This document shows positions 8,981 to 20,370 of a stretch of 64,000 nt of DNA, piece by piece. Made by a program: the position numbers and the translations under genes. The notes beneath the pieces are model-generated. The model had not been told where the DNA came from and searched no databases. It saw only the letters and a program-made list of their open reading frames with translations. How positions within the stretch are numbered: position 1 is the stretch's first letter; every line of letters starts with the position of its first letter. Source of the DNA: Bdellovibrionales bacterium (GTDB lineage: Bacteria; Bdellovibrionota; Bdellovibrionia; Bdellovibrionales; UBA1609); contig CBDBGT010000011.1 in the NCBI GenBank assembly GCA_965205365.1, forward strand, positions 281,268 to 345,267, given 5' to 3'.

Positions 8981-10057
8981 TTAATTCATTTCCTCAGGTT
9001 TAACCCCACTTACTCCAGCACTATCTATTTGAGGGGGAATATATGCTTGTGCAGTGTTTGGATCCCAACCTAAAGGAGGCCATCCTTCAACTTTCATTCC
9101 AAGATTTAAACCCATTTTTATTAAAATATCTTTAATTTCATTTAATGATTTTCTACCAAAATTTTTAGTTTTCAACATTTCACCTTCACTTTTAGTTACA
9201 AGTTCACCAATGAATCTAATATTTGCATTCTTAAGACAATTTGCACTTCTTACGGAGAGTTCCAAATCATCTACAGACCTAAATAGATTATTGTTTAATT
9301 CTGGAGAAGCTGAAGTTTCTTCCGCTTCTATAGGCTCAATATCTTCATCAAATGTAACAAAAATTTGAAGTTGTTCTTTTAAAATTTTTGCAGCCAAGGA
9401 AATAACTTCATCTGGCCTTAAAGATCCATCTGTCCAAACTTCAATTTCAAGAGAATCATAATCAGTTCTTTGACCAACACGAGCATCTGTAACTCTATAG
9501 TTTACCTTCCGAACAGCACTATGTAGCGAGTCTACTGGGATAAATCCTGTTGGAAGATCTAAGTTGTTACTTACCTCAGCTGCAACATAGCCTCTACCAA
9601 ATTCAACTAAAATTTCAGCCTCAAAACTAGAATTCTTACCTAAAGTAGCAATATGTTGCTCTGGATTTAAAACTTCAATCCCAGTAACTTCTTGAACATC
9701 ACCACCAGTAACAACACCAGGTCCTTTTTTAAAAATTTTTAAAGACTTTATATCTGCATCATGCTGCTTAAATCTAAGCTCTTTAAGGTTTAAAATAATA
9801 TCAGTCACATCTTCCATTACATCTGGAATCGTACTAAACTCATGAAGAACACCTTCAAACTTAACAGCTTTAACAGCTGAACCCATCATTGAACTTAACA
9901 AAACTCTTCTAAGAGAATTACCAAGAGTGACTCCATAACCTTTTTCTAAAGGCTTAATGTTAAATTTTCCATAAACATCAGTTATTTTTGACCCTGTCTG
10001 TTCAAACCCTTGTGGAGTGATTAAATCTTTCCAAAATTTGTAATAATGAGGCTGCAT
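8981..10057 (-). CDS. rpoA: DNA-directed RNA polymerase alpha subunit
   Basis: 358 aa. [15 protein letters not shown] and the C-terminal-domain motif [16 protein letters not shown]. Confidence 0.95.
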   Translation of the reverse strand: MQPHYYKFWKDLITPQGFEQTGSKITDVYGKFNIKPLEKGYGVTLGNSLRRVLLSSMMGSAVKAVKFEGVLHEFSTIPDVMEDVTDIILNLKELRFKQHDADIKSLKIFKKGPGVVTGGDVQEVTGIEVLNPEQHIATLGKNSSFEAEILVEFGRGYVAAEVSNNLDLPTGFIPVDSLHSAVRKVNYRVTDARVGQRTDYDSLEIEVWTDGSLRPDEVISLAAKILKEQLQIFVTFDEDIEPIEAEETSASPELNNNLFRSVDDLELSVRSANCLKNANIRFIGELVTKSEGEMLKTKNFGRKSLNEIKDILIKMGLNLGMKVEGWPPLGWDPNTAQAYIPPQIDSAGVSGVKPEEMN

Positions 10058-10107
10058 CCTAGTTTCTCCTTAAAGTGCAATTTTTGTATTCTATTAAAAA
10101 AACAGTC

Positions 10108-10494
10108 TTAAATTCTTCTACGTTTTGGTGGGCGGCATCCATTATGTGGAACTGGAGTTGTGTCTCTAAAAGAACAAACTCTAACTCCTAATGCACCCAA
10201 GGCTCTAAGGGCAGGCTCTCTACCAGCACCAGGACCAGATAAAAAAACATCCACTGACTTAAGACCGTGGTCCTTAGCCTTTTTAATAGCATCTTCCATG
10301 GTAACCTGGGCTGCATAAGGAGTGCCTTTACGACTACCTTTAAACCCCATTCCACCAGCATTAGACCATGCAATGGCATTCCCAGCAGGGTCAGTTACGG
10401 TGATAATTGTATTTCCAAAACCCGCTGCAATATAGCATCTACCCGAAGGCACATTCTTTTTTACTTTTCTCTTAGTTGTCTTTTTTCCAGCCAT
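10108..10494 (-). CDS. rpsK: 30S ribosomal protein S11
   Basis: [14 protein letters not shown]...[12 protein letters not shown]. Confidence 0.95.
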   Translation of the reverse strand: MAGKKTTKRKVKKNVPSGRCYIAAGFGNTIITVTDPAGNAIAWSNAGGMGFKGSRKGTPYAAQVTMEDAIKKAKDHGLKSVDVFLSGPGAGREPALRALGALGVRVCSFRDTTPVPHNGCRPPKRRRI

Positions 10495-10511
10495 TGTCTA
10501 AGTACCTTTAT

Positions 10512-10880
10512 TTATTTCTTTTTATTAGCAACTGTTTTCTTTGGGCCTTTTCTTGTACGAGCGTTCTGCCTTGTAGATTGACCCCTTACAGGAAGACCTC
10601 TTCTGTGTCTTAGACCTCTATAACAACCTAAATCCATAAGTCTCTTAATTGAAAGACCAACCTCACGCCTAAGATCACCTTCAATTTTGTAGTTTTCATC
10701 AAGAATTTCTCTTAAAACCTTAAGCTGTTCATCTGTTAAATCATCTGTTCTTAAAGAAGGTGAAAACTTTGCTTTTTTACAAATTTTCTTAGCCGAAGTT
10801 ATACCTAAACCGTATATATACGTTAAAGCAATTTCCATTCTTTTATTTTTAGGTAAATCAACACCTACAATACGAGCCAT
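10512..10880 (-). CDS. rpsM: 30S ribosomal protein S13
   Basis: [14 protein letters not shown]...[15 protein letters not shown]. Confidence 0.95.
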   Translation of the reverse strand: MARIVGVDLPKNKRMEIALTYIYGLGITSAKKICKKAKFSPSLRTDDLTDEQLKVLREILDENYKIEGDLRREVGLSIKRLMDLGCYRGLRHRRGLPVRGQSTRQNARTRKGPKKTVANKKK

Positions 10881-10884
10881 ATTC

Positions 10885-10998
10885 TTAACCTTGTCTCTGT
10901 TTATGCCTAGGATTTGTACAAATTACTCTAACTATCCCTTTTCTTTTAATAACTTTACAATTCTTACAAATCGGTTTTACCGAAGGTCTTACTTTCAT
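10885..10998 (-). CDS. rpmJ: 50S ribosomal protein L36
   Basis: The internal start gives the 37-aa [37 protein letters not shown]. The ORF-track N-terminal extension to 11067 is unlikely to be real. Confidence 0.9.
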   Translation of the reverse strand: MKVRPSVKPICKNCKVIKRKGIVRVICTNPRHKQRQG

Positions 10999-11092
10999 TT
11001 TCTCTACCTCTTTAAAGTCCAAAATGCCGAAAACTAACATTGGATTAAATATAAGTCCAGCTCTCAAGTCAAAATTTTAATTTTTCAACCAA

Positions 11093-11725
11093 TTAATCTA
11101 AAACCTCTCTCACACGTTTAAATACTTCTTTTAAAGCCCCTTGACCGTCTACACGCCTTAAAAGCCCCAAGTCATCATAATACTTCATGAGTGGTTTAGT
11201 CTGTTCATTATAAACAGAAAGTCTGTGCTGAATAACTTTCAAAGAATCATCTTCACGCTGCTCAATATCGCCACCACAACCATCACAAATTCCATTAATT
11301 TTTGTTGGAACTTTTTCTATGTGATAAACCACTCCACAATCTTTACACACTCTACGACTTATAAGTCTTGATATTAAAACCTTTTCCTCTACATCTAAAT
11401 AAATAACCCCACCTATTTGAAGCTGTTTACTTGATACAAAAGCCGTTAAAGCTTTACCTTGCTTAAATGTACGTGGAAACCCATCTAATATCACATTCTC
11501 ATTAAAATTTAATTCACTATCTACCATCTCAATCACTATTTTATCAGGAACTAAACTTCCACCATCTATAAATGATCTAGCCTTTTTTCCAAGCTCAGTC
11601 TTTTCTTTAAGATGTTTCCTAAACATATCCCCTGTGCTTAAGTGATTAAAACCATAGACTTCTTGAATAAGTTTAGACTGAGTACCTTTACCTGAACCTG
11701 GAGCACCAAAAAGTAGCCAGATCAA
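11093..11725 (-). CDS. adk: adenylate kinase (zinc-lid type)
   Basis: GAPGSGKGTQ P-loop and a CxxC...CxxC lid (CKDCG...CDGCG). Confidence 0.95.
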   Translation of the reverse strand: MIWLLFGAPGSGKGTQSKLIQEVYGFNHLSTGDMFRKHLKEKTELGKKARSFIDGGSLVPDKIVIEMVDSELNFNENVILDGFPRTFKQGKALTAFVSSKQLQIGGVIYLDVEEKVLISRLISRRVCKDCGVVYHIEKVPTKINGICDGCGGDIEQREDDSLKVIQHRLSVYNEQTKPLMKYYDDLGLLRRVDGQGALKEVFKRVREVLD

Positions 11726-13047
11726 TACTGAACCCTCCTACTTTTAATACGAGTACCCTTCATCATATTTTCATATTTTGAAGATAGCAAGTGTGATTGA
11801 ACTTGCTGCATAAAATCTAGAGCAACACCTACTAAAATCAATAAACTTGTCCCACCAAAGTAAAAAGATAAGCTCATACTCTGCATAAGAATAATTGGCA
11901 ACACACAAACAGCACTTAAATACACTGCACCTACAACAGTAAGTCTATCTAACACACGTTTAATATATTCAGCAGTGCTTCTACCAGCTCTTATCCCTGG
12001 AATAAATCCACCATATTTTTTAAGATTATCTGAAACTTCTTCTGGATTAAAAACAATTTCCGTATAGAAAAAACAAAAAAAGACCACCAGTGCAATAAAG
12101 ATTATTTGATATAGAGCACCCGTAGGCATTAAATTATCTTGCAAAAATTTAATAACTTGAGAATCTCCAAAAAACTGTGACATTGTAGCAGGAAACATTA
12201 AAATACTTGATGCAAAAATCGGAGGAATTACATTTGCAAAGTTAATTTTTAATGGCAAATGACTACCTTGAGCCTGCATAGACTGCTTACCAGCCCCTCT
12301 TTGAGAATATTGAACAGGGATTCTCCTCTGTGCAACTTCCATAAAAATTATAAAGCCTAATATAAAAAGCATGCCTCCTAATAACCCTAAAACTAAAGGA
12401 AGTGACATTTGACCAGATTGAAACTGTTGCCACATAGAAGCCGCACCTGCAGGCATACCTGAAGCAATACCAGCAAAAATAATTAAAGAAATACCGTTGC
12501 CAATTCCTCTTTCAGTAATTTGTTCACCAAGCCACATGATAAAACACGTACCTGCTGTTAAAGTAATTACAGTTAAAATTCTAAAATCAATAAATCCAAT
12601 ACTTTTAGACAACACAAGAGTTGAGCCATCGGGAGCTGCCGATTTAAAAAGCCAATTAGACATTGCATAGCCTTGAACTACACATAAAAGAACTGTTGCG
12701 TATCTTGTATATTGATTTATTTTTTTACGTCCCTGTTCACCTTCTTTTTTTAGTTGTTCTAAATATGGAACGCTTGCTTGAAGAAGCTGAAATATAATCG
12801 AAGCTGAAATATATGGCATCACACCTAAAGCAAAAACAGAAAACCTTTCAAGGGCTCCGCCTGTAAACGTATTAAACATTCCAAAAAGCCCACCTCCTTG
12901 ATTTTGAAAAAATGATTGTACAGCACCTCCATCAAGACCAGGGCATGGAATTTGAACACCAATTCTATAAATGGCAAGCATTACCAGTGTGAATAAAATC
13001 TTGTTTGTAAGCTTTTGATTACTAGCTAAGTTATCTATTTTTGACAC
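11722..13047 (-). CDS. secY: preprotein translocase subunit SecY
   Basis: 441 aa polytopic membrane protein. ALGVMPYISASII motif and its position after rplO. Confidence 0.95.
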   Translation of the reverse strand: MSKIDNLASNQKLTNKILFTLVMLAIYRIGVQIPCPGLDGGAVQSFFQNQGGGLFGMFNTFTGGALERFSVFALGVMPYISASIIFQLLQASVPYLEQLKKEGEQGRKKINQYTRYATVLLCVVQGYAMSNWLFKSAAPDGSTLVLSKSIGFIDFRILTVITLTAGTCFIMWLGEQITERGIGNGISLIIFAGIASGMPAGAASMWQQFQSGQMSLPLVLGLLGGMLFILGFIIFMEVAQRRIPVQYSQRGAGKQSMQAQGSHLPLKINFANVIPPIFASSILMFPATMSQFFGDSQVIKFLQDNLMPTGALYQIIFIALVVFFCFFYTEIVFNPEEVSDNLKKYGGFIPGIRAGRSTAEYIKRVLDRLTVVGAVYLSAVCVLPIILMQSMSLSFYFGGTSLLILVGVALDFMQQVQSHLLSSKYENMMKGTRIKSRRVQY

Positions 13048-13484
13048 TCAATAACCTCAACTTTGCCGCCTTTATCTTCAATAATTTTTTTAGCAGAAGC
13101 ACTGATCTTATGAACTCTTACATTAATAGCCTTAGTAAGTTCACCTTTAACTAAAACTTTAACTCTAGCTTTTTTATGAACCAAACCAGCTTGTCTTAAT
13201 ATTTCAACTGTTACATCACCCTGAAAACCATTTAACTGCTCCAAGCCCACTAAGTCGTATGTCTTTTTAAATTTTGTATTTGTAAAACCAAATTTAGGAA
13301 GCCTTCTTACTAAAGGCATTTGACCACCTTCAAACCCTAAACGAACACCACTACCAGCTCTTGCTTTTTGGCCTTTATGACCTTTTCCTGCTGTTCCACC
13401 TGATCCAGAAGCGTCACCACGTCCGATTCTTTTTCTATTCTGCTTAGAACCTTTTTGGGGTCTTAAATCTGATAACAAACTCAT
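13035..13484 (-). CDS. rplO: 50S ribosomal protein L15
   Basis: GRGDASGSGGTAGKGHKGQKAR...GFEGGQMPL. Confidence 0.95.
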   Translation of the reverse strand: MSLLSDLRPQKGSKQNRKRIGRGDASGSGGTAGKGHKGQKARAGSGVRLGFEGGQMPLVRRLPKFGFTNTKFKKTYDLVGLEQLNGFQGDVTVEILRQAGLVHKKARVKVLVKGELTKAINVRVHKISASAKKIIEDKGGKVEVIECQK

Positions 13485-13524
13485 TTTAACTCCTTAAACC
13501 TTTTTCTAATAATAAACTTAAACT

Positions 13525-13707
13525 CTACTTATGCACTTTAACTGTCAGCCACTGTTGCATTTTAAAAATCTGTCCTCTCTGTGCAGGGTTATCCTTAATA
13601 ACAACACACGAGCCTATTTTCTTAAGCCCCAAACATCTTAATGTTTCTTTTTGGGCTTGCGTTGCCCCAATTCTACTACGTTTTAATGTAACCTTAAAGC
13701 TTTTCAT
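13525..13707 (-). CDS. rpmD: 50S ribosomal protein L30
   Basis: 60 aa, KVTLKRSRIG...TLRCLGLKK. Confidence 0.9.
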   Translation of the reverse strand: MKSFKVTLKRSRIGATQAQKETLRCLGLKKIGSCVVIKDNPAQRGQIFKMQQWLTVKVHK

Positions 13708-13716
13708 AACCCTGTC

Positions 13717-14196
13717 TTATTTCCTTTTTTCTATCTCTTGTCTTTCCAAGAACGTTTTATCTGTTAATTGACTTAACCCTTGAAATGTTGCCCTCACAGC
13801 ATTATGTGGATTTCTTGTCCCAATACACTTTGTCAAAATATCTTTAACACCTGCGGCTTCAAGCACTGATCTAACAGCACCACCAGCAATAACACCCGTG
13901 CCTGGAGTAGCTGGAATCATCACAACTTTGGCTGCGCCATAAACACCTACAACCTTATGAGGAATAGTTCTACTCTCTTTTATTTGTATCTTTCTAGCAT
14001 TTTTTTTAGCAAGACGACTAGCTTTTCCAATTGCAGCAGGCACTTCTCCTGCTTTACCAGATCCAAAGCCAATTTCACCTTTTCCAGATCCAGCTACCAC
14101 AAGAGCTGAAAATGAAAACCTACGTCCACCTTTAACTACTTTTGCAACTCTATTAATTGCAACCACACGCTCCTCAAAATCTTCTTGTTCAACCAC
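13717..14196 (-). CDS. rpsE: 30S ribosomal protein S5
   Basis: [21 protein letters not shown]. Confidence 0.95.
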   Translation of the reverse strand: MVEQEDFEERVVAINRVAKVVKGGRRFSFSALVVAGSGKGEIGFGSGKAGEVPAAIGKASRLAKKNARKIQIKESRTIPHKVVGVYGAAKVVMIPATPGTGVIAGGAVRSVLEAAGVKDILTKCIGTRNPHNAVRATFQGLSQLTDKTFLERQEIEKRK

Positions 14197-14209
14197 TTTT
14201 TAACTCCTC

Positions 14210-14575
14210 TTAAAATTTTAATCCAGCTTCACGAGCACCATCTGCAATTGCTTGGACTCTACCATGATATACATATCCACTTCTATCAAAAACAACTTTT
14301 TCAATCTTTAAAGTTGCTGCTTTATCAGCAATCTCTTTTCCAACAGCTTTAGCTACTTCTTTATTCCCATTGCCAGAAACTTTTAAAGTAGAAGCTGAAG
14401 CTAACGTTTTACCTGAAATATCGTCAATAAGTTGAGCATACATATTCTTTGTACTTTTAAAAACAGCAAGCCTTGGTCTTTCAACTGTACCGCTTACTTT
14501 TTTTCTAATTCTCATTCTATTTTTAAGTCGACCAATGGTTTTATCACTAGTCTTTTTTTTAAAACTCAATCTCAT
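14210..14575 (-). CDS. rplR: 50S ribosomal protein L18
   Basis: [20 protein letters not shown]...[12 protein letters not shown]. Confidence 0.95.
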   Translation of the reverse strand: MRLSFKKKTSDKTIGRLKNRMRIRKKVSGTVERPRLAVFKSTKNMYAQLIDDISGKTLASASTLKVSGNGNKEVAKAVGKEIADKAATLKIEKVVFDRSGYVYHGRVQAIADGAREAGLKF

Positions 14576-14586
14576 TTTATAGCTCC

Positions 14587-15129
14587 TTATTTACTACCTG
14601 ATTTACCAGCTTTCCTTCTAATGACTTCATCAGAGTATCTAATTCCTTTTCCAAGGTACGGTTCAGGAAGTCTATATGCTCTAATATCTGCTGAAACTTG
14701 ACCAACTAAAGCTTTATCAACTCCTTTTACTGTCACAGTTGTTTGTTTCTCTACTGTAATAGTAATTCCATCAGGAATTACAAATTTAATTGGATGAGAA
14801 TAACCCAATGTCAGGTTTAATATTTTTTTAGAAACAGCAGCTCTATAACCAACACCGTTTAAAATCAAAGTTTTAGACCAACCCGTTGAAACTCCATAAA
14901 CAGCATTAAAAACTAAACTCCTATAAAGACCATGAAGAGTTCTTGTTTTAGGCTCTTCATCACCTCTACAAACACTTAACTCACAGTCTTTAACTTTAAT
15001 TGAAATAGAACCTCTAAGTTGGACCGTTTGTGAATCCTTTACACCTTTAACTGTAACTAGACCTTTATCATCTGTTGTTACAGTCACTTTTTCAGGAATA
15101 TTAATTATTGCTTTACCTACTCTAGACAT
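14587..15129 (-). CDS. rplF: 50S ribosomal protein L6
   Basis: The likely start is [12 protein letters not shown]. The ORF-track GTG start at 15144 adds 5 aa. Also [14 protein letters not shown]. Confidence 0.93.
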   Translation of the reverse strand: MSRVGKAIINIPEKVTVTTDDKGLVTVKGVKDSQTVQLRGSISIKVKDCELSVCRGDEEPKTRTLHGLYRSLVFNAVYGVSTGWSKTLILNGVGYRAAVSKKILNLTLGYSHPIKFVIPDGITITVEKQTTVTVKGVDKALVGQVSADIRAYRLPEPYLGKGIRYSDEVIRRKAGKSGSK

Positions 15130-15137
15130 CTTAACAC

Positions 15138-15527
15138 CTACCACACTTTAAGCAGATACTCACCACCCAGATTTTGCTGAACCGCTTGTTTTCCACTTAA
15201 AATTCCTTTACTAGTACTCACCACTGAAATCCCAAATCCTGATCTAATTTCAGGAATTTCTGTTGCCTTAACATAAACTCTTTTACCTGGTGTACTTACT
15301 CTTGAAATTGTATCAATAGCAGCTCTACCCTTAGCATCATAATTTAAATAAACTCTCATAATACCTTGTTTATTATCTTTAGCCTCTCTAAAATTCTTAA
15401 TATAACCGTATTCTTTTAAAATCGCAGCAATTCCTTTTTTCAAATTTGATGAAGGAACATCAACTTTTTCATGCCTAGCCATACCTGCATTTCTAATTCT
15501 TGTAAGAAAATCTCCAACTGTATCCAT
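15138..15527 (-). CDS. rpsH: 30S ribosomal protein S8
   Basis: DTVGDFLTRIRNA...GGEYLLKVW. Confidence 0.95.
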   Translation of the reverse strand: MDTVGDFLTRIRNAGMARHEKVDVPSSNLKKGIAAILKEYGYIKNFREAKDNKQGIMRVYLNYDAKGRAAIDTISRVSTPGKRVYVKATEIPEIRSGFGISVVSTSKGILSGKQAVQQNLGGEYLLKVW

Positions 15528-15542
15528 AACTATACCTCTCCC

Positions 15543-16085
15543 CTACTTCTTTCTAAAAGGCATCCCTAATTCTGTTAAAAGAGCCCTTCCTTCTATGTCA
15601 TTACTAGCGCTTGTACAAATTGTTATATTCATTCCACGCACTTTATCTACTTTATCATAAGAAATTTCAGGAAAAATAATTTGCTCCTTAACTCCCATAT
15701 TATAATTTCCACGACCATCAAATCCTTTTGGAGATAAACCTCTAAAATCTCTAACCTGTGGAAGAGCTAAGTGAACAAGTTTATCATAAAAGGCCCACAT
15801 ATTTTCACGCCGAAGGGTCACACAAGCACCCAAAGGCATGCCCTCTCTTAATTTAAAATTTGCAATAGCTTTTTTTGCTTTTGTTACAACTGCTTTTTGC
15901 CCTGAAAGATCAGTTAACTCCTTAACCACAGTATTAACAAGTTTAGGATTTTGAACCGCTTCACTAATACACTGATTAATTACAATTTTCTTAAGTCTTG
16001 GAAGTTTCATTAGATTATCTGTACCCAGTTGATTTTTTAAAACTGGAATAACTTCGTTTTTATATTTATCTAAACTTAAACTCAT
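15543..16085 (-). CDS. rplE: 50S ribosomal protein L5
   Basis: [11 protein letters not shown]...[18 protein letters not shown]. Confidence 0.95.
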   Translation of the reverse strand: MSLSLDKYKNEVIPVLKNQLGTDNLMKLPRLKKIVINQCISEAVQNPKLVNTVVKELTDLSGQKAVVTKAKKAIANFKLREGMPLGACVTLRRENMWAFYDKLVHLALPQVRDFRGLSPKGFDGRGNYNMGVKEQIIFPEISYDKVDKVRGMNITICTSASNDIEGRALLTELGMPFRKK

Positions 16086-16086
16086 C

Positions 16087-16455
16087 TTAAATCACCTCTG
16101 GCGCTAATGAAACAATTTTAATAAATGACTTAACTCTAAGTTCTCTAGCAACAGGACCAAAAATACGAGTACCTATGAGTTCTTTTGAAGCATTAATTAA
16201 AACTGCTGAATTTTCATCAAATCTAATATAACTTCCATCAGCTCTTCTAATCTTATGAATAGTTCTAACAACAACTGCTTTTGCTACATCACCTTTTTTA
16301 ACTTTTGAATTAGGCAGGGCTGCTTTTATAGACACAACAATAATATCTCCCACCGAAGCTGTTCTCCTTTTAGAGCCACCAAGCACCTTAATACACTGGA
16401 CTTCTTTTGCTCCTGAATTATCTGCAACTGAAAGCCTTGTTTGCATTTGAATCAT
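16087..16455 (-). CDS. rplN: 50S ribosomal protein L14
   Basis: [27 protein letters not shown]. Confidence 0.95.
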   Translation of the reverse strand: MIQMQTRLSVADNSGAKEVQCIKVLGGSKRRTASVGDIIVVSIKAALPNSKVKKGDVAKAVVVRTIHKIRRADGSYIRFDENSAVLINASKELIGTRIFGPVARELRVKSFIKIVSLAPEVI

Positions 16456-16472
16456 TTTAAACCTCTCTAATC

Positions 16473-16745
16473 CTATTTACTCTTCTCAACAACTTCTAAA
16501 AGCTTCCATCTCTTTGATTTACTAAGAGGACGAGTTTCAAAAATTTTAACAGTATCACCCACCTTAGCTTCATTGGACTCATCATGAGCCTTAAACGTAG
16601 ATGTTTTCTTAATATATTTACCATATTTTGAATGCTTAACAGTTTTAAAGATTTTCACAGAAATTGTTTTCTCCATTTTATCACTAATGACTTCGCCAAC
16701 AACTTCATTACGGCGACCTCTAGTTGGAATAGTTACTTCACTCAT
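16473..16745 (-). CDS. rpsQ: 30S ribosomal protein S17
   Basis: [18 protein letters not shown]...[11 protein letters not shown]...RPLSKSKRW. Confidence 0.93.
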   Translation of the reverse strand: MSEVTIPTRGRRNEVVGEVISDKMEKTISVKIFKTVKHSKYGKYIKKTSTFKAHDESNEAKVGDTVKIFETRPLSKSKRWKLLEVVEKSK

Positions 16746-16946
16746 TTACGCCTTCCTTACTTGTTTCTTTTGATTTATAGCAGTTAACATTCTTGCCAGT
16801 TCTCTTCTTGATGTTCTTACTTCCACAGGATTAGCAAGCTGACCCCTATGAGACTTCATTTTAAGTTCAAAGAATTCATTTTTCTTTAAATTAACTCTTT
16901 TTACTAATTCAATAGAAGAAAGATCTTTTATATCTGCAAATTTCAT
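16746..16946 (-). CDS. rpmC: 50S ribosomal protein L29
   Basis: 66 aa, between rplP and rps[18 protein letters not shown]. Confidence 0.9.
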   Translation of the reverse strand: MKFADIKDLSSIELVKRVNLKKNEFFELKMKSHRGQLANPVEVRTSRRELARMLTAINQKKQVRKA

Positions 16947-17356
16947 AAACCCTCTCTTTGAATAAATTTAACCTTAACAGGAAGTTTGTAGCCAGCTAAT
17001 TTAAATGCCTCTTGGGCCTGTTCCTTATTAACACCGTTAATTTCATATAAAATCCTACCTGGTCTTACAGGGGCTACCCACAATTCCACACTGCCTTTAC
17101 CTTTACCCATTCTTACTTCAGCAGGTTTTTTAGTAAGAGGCTTATCAGGAAAAATTCTAATCCAAAGTTTACCCCCTCTTTTCACAGATCTTTGAATTGC
17201 TCTACGAGCAGATTCAATTTGACGAGCCGTAACTCTTCCTGCCTCCAAAGTTTTAATTGCGAAGTCACCAAATGCTACTGTAGTGCCACGTTTAGACTCT
17301 CCAGTAATACGACCTTTTCTTTGCTTTCTCCACTTTATCTTCTTAGGACTGAGCAT
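16943..17356 (-). CDS. rplP: 50S ribosomal protein L16
   Basis: The likely start is [16 protein letters not shown]. The ORF-track start at 17371 adds 5 aa. Confidence 0.93.
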   Translation of the reverse strand: MLSPKKIKWRKQRKGRITGESKRGTTVAFGDFAIKTLEAGRVTARQIESARRAIQRSVKRGGKLWIRIFPDKPLTKKPAEVRMGKGKGSVELWVAPVRPGRILYEINGVNKEQAQEAFKLAGYKLPVKVKFIQREGL

Positions 17357-18014
17357 GGCCTGCCTCCTCAACTTCTTTAGTAGTTAAAATATCACCACGG
17401 TAAACCCATACTTTTAACCCAACAACCCCATATGTAGTCAGTGCTTCTGCAGTTCCATAATCAATATTAGCTCTTAATGTATGTAATGGCACAGATTTTT
17501 CTGTATACCATTCACTTCTTGCAATTTCAGCTCCATCAAGGCGCCCACCAATTTGAACTTTAATTCCTCTTACACCACTCTTTATAGAAGCTGTAATGGC
17601 TTTCTTAAGAGCTCTTCTCCAAGAAATTCTTTTCTCCAACTGCATTGCAATATTTTGAGCAATAAGATTTGCATCTAAATCAGGCTTTCTAACCTCTTGA
17701 ATACTTACAAAAATCTCATTATTAGATGCTTTTTGAAGATCTATTTTTAAAGCATCTATTCCAGCACCTTTTTTACCAATAACAACACCAGGTCTTGCAG
17801 TTGAAATAATAACTTTTGCTTTTTTAGCAGCCCTTTCAATTTCAACTTTAGAAACACCTGCTCTTTTAAGAATTGGCATTTTTTTTATACAATCTCTAAT
17901 CTTAAAATCTTCATGAATATTTTCAACATATTTTTTTCCAGTAGAAAACCAACGAGAATCCCATGTTCTAATAACCCCAACTCTTAAACCTATTGGATTA
18001 ACCTTTTGTCCCAT
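17343..18014 (-). CDS. rpsC: 30S ribosomal protein S3
   Basis: [13 protein letters not shown]... plus KH-domain motifs. Confidence 0.95.
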   Translation of the reverse strand: MGQKVNPIGLRVGVIRTWDSRWFSTGKKYVENIHEDFKIRDCIKKMPILKRAGVSKVEIERAAKKAKVIISTARPGVVIGKKGAGIDALKIDLQKASNNEIFVSIQEVRKPDLDANLIAQNIAMQLEKRISWRRALKKAITASIKSGVRGIKVQIGGRLDGAEIARSEWYTEKSVPLHTLRANIDYGTAEALTTYGVVGLKVWVYRGDILTTKEVEEAGHAQS

Positions 18015-18017
18015 TAT

Positions 18018-18347
18018 CTACCTCTCTGCCAACACTACGTTAATATGACTTGTTTTCTTTTTAATACCTGAAGCTCTACCTTGAGCTCTTGGGCGAAATC
18101 TTTTTAAAACAGGACCCTCATCAACAGTAATTGTTTTTACATAAAGATTATCCACATCCATAACTCGCTTTTCAATATTGGCCACTGCAGACTCAATTAA
18201 TTTCTTAATCATTAACCCTGCTTTTTTAGGCGAAAAAGTAAGATGACGAATAACTTCATTAACTTCTTGCCCTCTAACTAGGTCAGCAACCAATCTAGCT
18301 TTAAAAGCCCCTATTCTTGCATATTTTAATGATGCTTTAACTTCCAT
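18018..18347 (-). CDS. rplV: 50S ribosomal protein L22
   Basis: Position and motif KRFRPRAQGRASGIKKKTSHI. Confidence 0.93.
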   Translation of the reverse strand: MEVKASLKYARIGAFKARLVADLVRGQEVNEVIRHLTFSPKKAGLMIKKLIESAVANIEKRVMDVDNLYVKTITVDEGPVLKRFRPRAQGRASGIKKKTSHINVVLAER

Positions 18348-18359
18348 CTAACTATGCTC

Positions 18360-18626
18360 CTATTTCTTCTTATTACCATGGCCAGTATAATTTCTAGTTG
18401 GTGCAAACTCGCCGTACTTATGACCAATCATATTGTCAGAAACAAAAACAGGAACAAACTTTTTACCATTATGAACAGCAAATGTTAACCCTGCAGCTTC
18501 AGGACTAATCATTGATCTTCTAGACCAAGTTTTAATTACTTTCTTATCACCTGTTTCTAAAGCTTTATTGATTTTAGCTTGAAGATGATGATCAACAAAA
18601 GGGCCTTTCTTTAACGAACGAGCCAT
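18360..18626 (-). CDS. rpsS: 30S ribosomal protein S19
   Basis: [15 protein letters not shown]...[11 protein letters not shown]. Confidence 0.95.
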   Translation of the reverse strand: MARSLKKGPFVDHHLQAKINKALETGDKKVIKTWSRRSMISPEAAGLTFAVHNGKKFVPVFVSDNMIGHKYGEFAPTRNYTGHGNKKK

Positions 18627-19447
18627 TATTTACCTCTCCTCTTAACAATCATGTTGTCAGTTCTTTTATTATTTCTAGTTTTAAACCCTTTACATGGTTG
18701 ACCCCAAGGGGATACAGGGTGGTGCCCTTTACCTTTTGCCTCGCCTCCACCAAGAGGATGATCATTTGAATTCATTGCAGTACCACGAACAGTGGGTCTT
18801 ATGCCCATCCAACGCTTACGACCAGCCTTACCAATTTTAATATTTTCATTATCTGTATTGCCAATTTGACCAATTGTAGCTCTACAAGCCCCAAGAACCT
18901 GTCTGACTTCCCCTGAGGGAAGTTTTATTTGACAATACTTACCTAGCTTGGCCAATAAAGAAGCCGATGTTCCAGCTCCCCTAACCATCTGACCTCCTTT
19001 ACCAGGTCTAAGCTCAATATTATGAATAATTGTACCAGTTGGAATACTTACTAAGTCTAAAGAATTTCCCACCTTAATATCTGCAGAATTACTAGATATA
19101 ACTGTGTCACCTACATTAAGCCCTGTAGGAGCAAGAATATATGATTTAATTCCATCTGTGTAACAAATTAAAGCAATACGACATGATCTATTTGGATCAT
19201 ATTCAATAGCCAATACCTTTGCTGAAATATCTATTTTATTTCTTTTAAAATCTATTAAACGATAACGTTTCTTATGTCCTCCACCTTGATGTCTCATGGT
19301 GATTCTACCAAAATTATTTCTAGCAGAGGTTCTTCTTAAAGCTTGTGTTAAAGCTTTTTCCGGAGTGGATTTTGTAATTTGTTTAAAATCAGAACCTGAT
19401 CTATTTCTTTGCCCGTTTGAACAAGGCTTTAATATTTTAATTCCCAT
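18626..19447 (-). CDS. rplB: 50S ribosomal protein L2
   Basis: 273 aa, [13 protein letters not shown]...[17 protein letters not shown]. Confidence 0.95.
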   Translation of the reverse strand: MGIKILKPCSNGQRNRSGSDFKQITKSTPEKALTQALRRTSARNNFGRITMRHQGGGHKKRYRLIDFKRNKIDISAKVLAIEYDPNRSCRIALICYTDGIKSYILAPTGLNVGDTVISSNSADIKVGNSLDLVSIPTGTIIHNIELRPGKGGQMVRGAGTSASLLAKLGKYCQIKLPSGEVRQVLGACRATIGQIGNTDNENIKIGKAGRKRWMGIRPTVRGTAMNSNDHPLGGGEAKGKGHHPVSPWGQPCKGFKTRNNKRTDNMIVKRRGK

Positions 19448-19734
19448 TAATTTGCCTCCCCTTCAAACATTTTAATTTTCTCACCGGCTTTAAGTTTCAC
19501 CAAAGCTTTTTTCCAGTATCTAGGTTTCACCATACCTGAGGCTATTTTTTTAAACTTACCTCTACACACTAAAGTTTTAATACTACGAACTTTTACATCA
19601 AACTGTTTTTCAATAGCTGCTTTAATTTGAATTTTTGTTGCAGTTTTTTTAACTTCAAAAGTATAAAACCCTTGTTCAGTTTGCGCTGCTGATGATTTCT
19701 CTGTAACAAGGGGTTTTTTAATGATAGAAATCAC
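19447..19734 (-). CDS. rplW: 50S ribosomal protein L23
   Basis: 95 aa, between rplD and rplB. PLVTEKS...FEV. Confidence 0.9.
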   Translation of the reverse strand: MISIIKKPLVTEKSSAAQTEQGFYTFEVKKTATKIQIKAAIEKQFDVKVRSIKTLVCRGKFKKIASGMVKPRYWKKALVKLKAGEKIKMFEGEAN

Positions 19735-20363
19735 ATTATACCTCCTTTTAAGTGTTCTTCTAACTTTGTAAGGCTGTTCTCCTCAAGAACAAGTCTATCA
19801 TATTTAAGAAGGTCATAAACATTAACACCTTCCACAGGTTGATAAATAAATTTAGGAATATTTCTAGACGCTCTTTCAAAATTATCATTAAGATTTTCAC
19901 CTAATAAAACTGATTTCTTAAGACCCATTCTTGAAAGCTGAGCTGCTAAGACTTTAGTTTTACCTTTAGTTGAAACAAAAGAATCCACAACAACAATTTT
20001 TCCTGTTTTATACAAATAAGACAGTGCATACTTTACAGCTGCTTTTCTAATCTTCTTAGGAACTGAAAAATTATAGTTTCTTGGGCTTGGACCAAAAATA
20101 GCACCACCACCACGAATTAATGGAGACCTTATTGATCCTCTACGTGCATTACCAGTACCTTTTTGTTTATACGGTTTTATCCCACCACCAGAAACCTCGG
20201 CTCTAGTCTTAGCTTTGTGAGTGCCTTGCCTTCTCTTTGCCAACTGCCATTTAACAACAGTCTGTAAAATATCTTTTCTAACAGACCTTTCAAAAATATC
20301 AGCGCTAAGTTTAACACTCCCTACTTTTTTATTATCTAAATTTACAACTTCTAAAGTAGCCAT
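19731..20363 (-). CDS. rplD: 50S ribosomal protein L4
   Basis: GTHKAKTRAEVSGGGIKPYKQKGTGNARRGS. Confidence 0.95.
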   Translation of the reverse strand: MATLEVVNLDNKKVGSVKLSADIFERSVRKDILQTVVKWQLAKRRQGTHKAKTRAEVSGGGIKPYKQKGTGNARRGSIRSPLIRGGGAIFGPSPRNYNFSVPKKIRKAAVKYALSYLYKTGKIVVVDSFVSTKGKTKVLAAQLSRMGLKKSVLLGENLNDNFERASRNIPKFIYQPVEGVNVYDLLKYDRLVLEENSLTKLEEHLKGGIM

Positions 20364-20370
20364 AACACCT

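Noticed and set aside
8632-10581. Long antisense or alternative-frame ORFs inside ribosomal protein, rpoA and other conserved genes. Examples: 8632-8961, 9054-9368, 10188-10379, 10267-10581, 14432-14701, 17192-17380, 20221-20430, 21195-21470, and similar ones in carA, carB, the thiolase gene, maeB, hflX and the nqr genes.
   Set aside because: They overlap strongly supported conserved genes and have low-complexity or atypical composition with no recognisable motifs. They are shadow ORFs.
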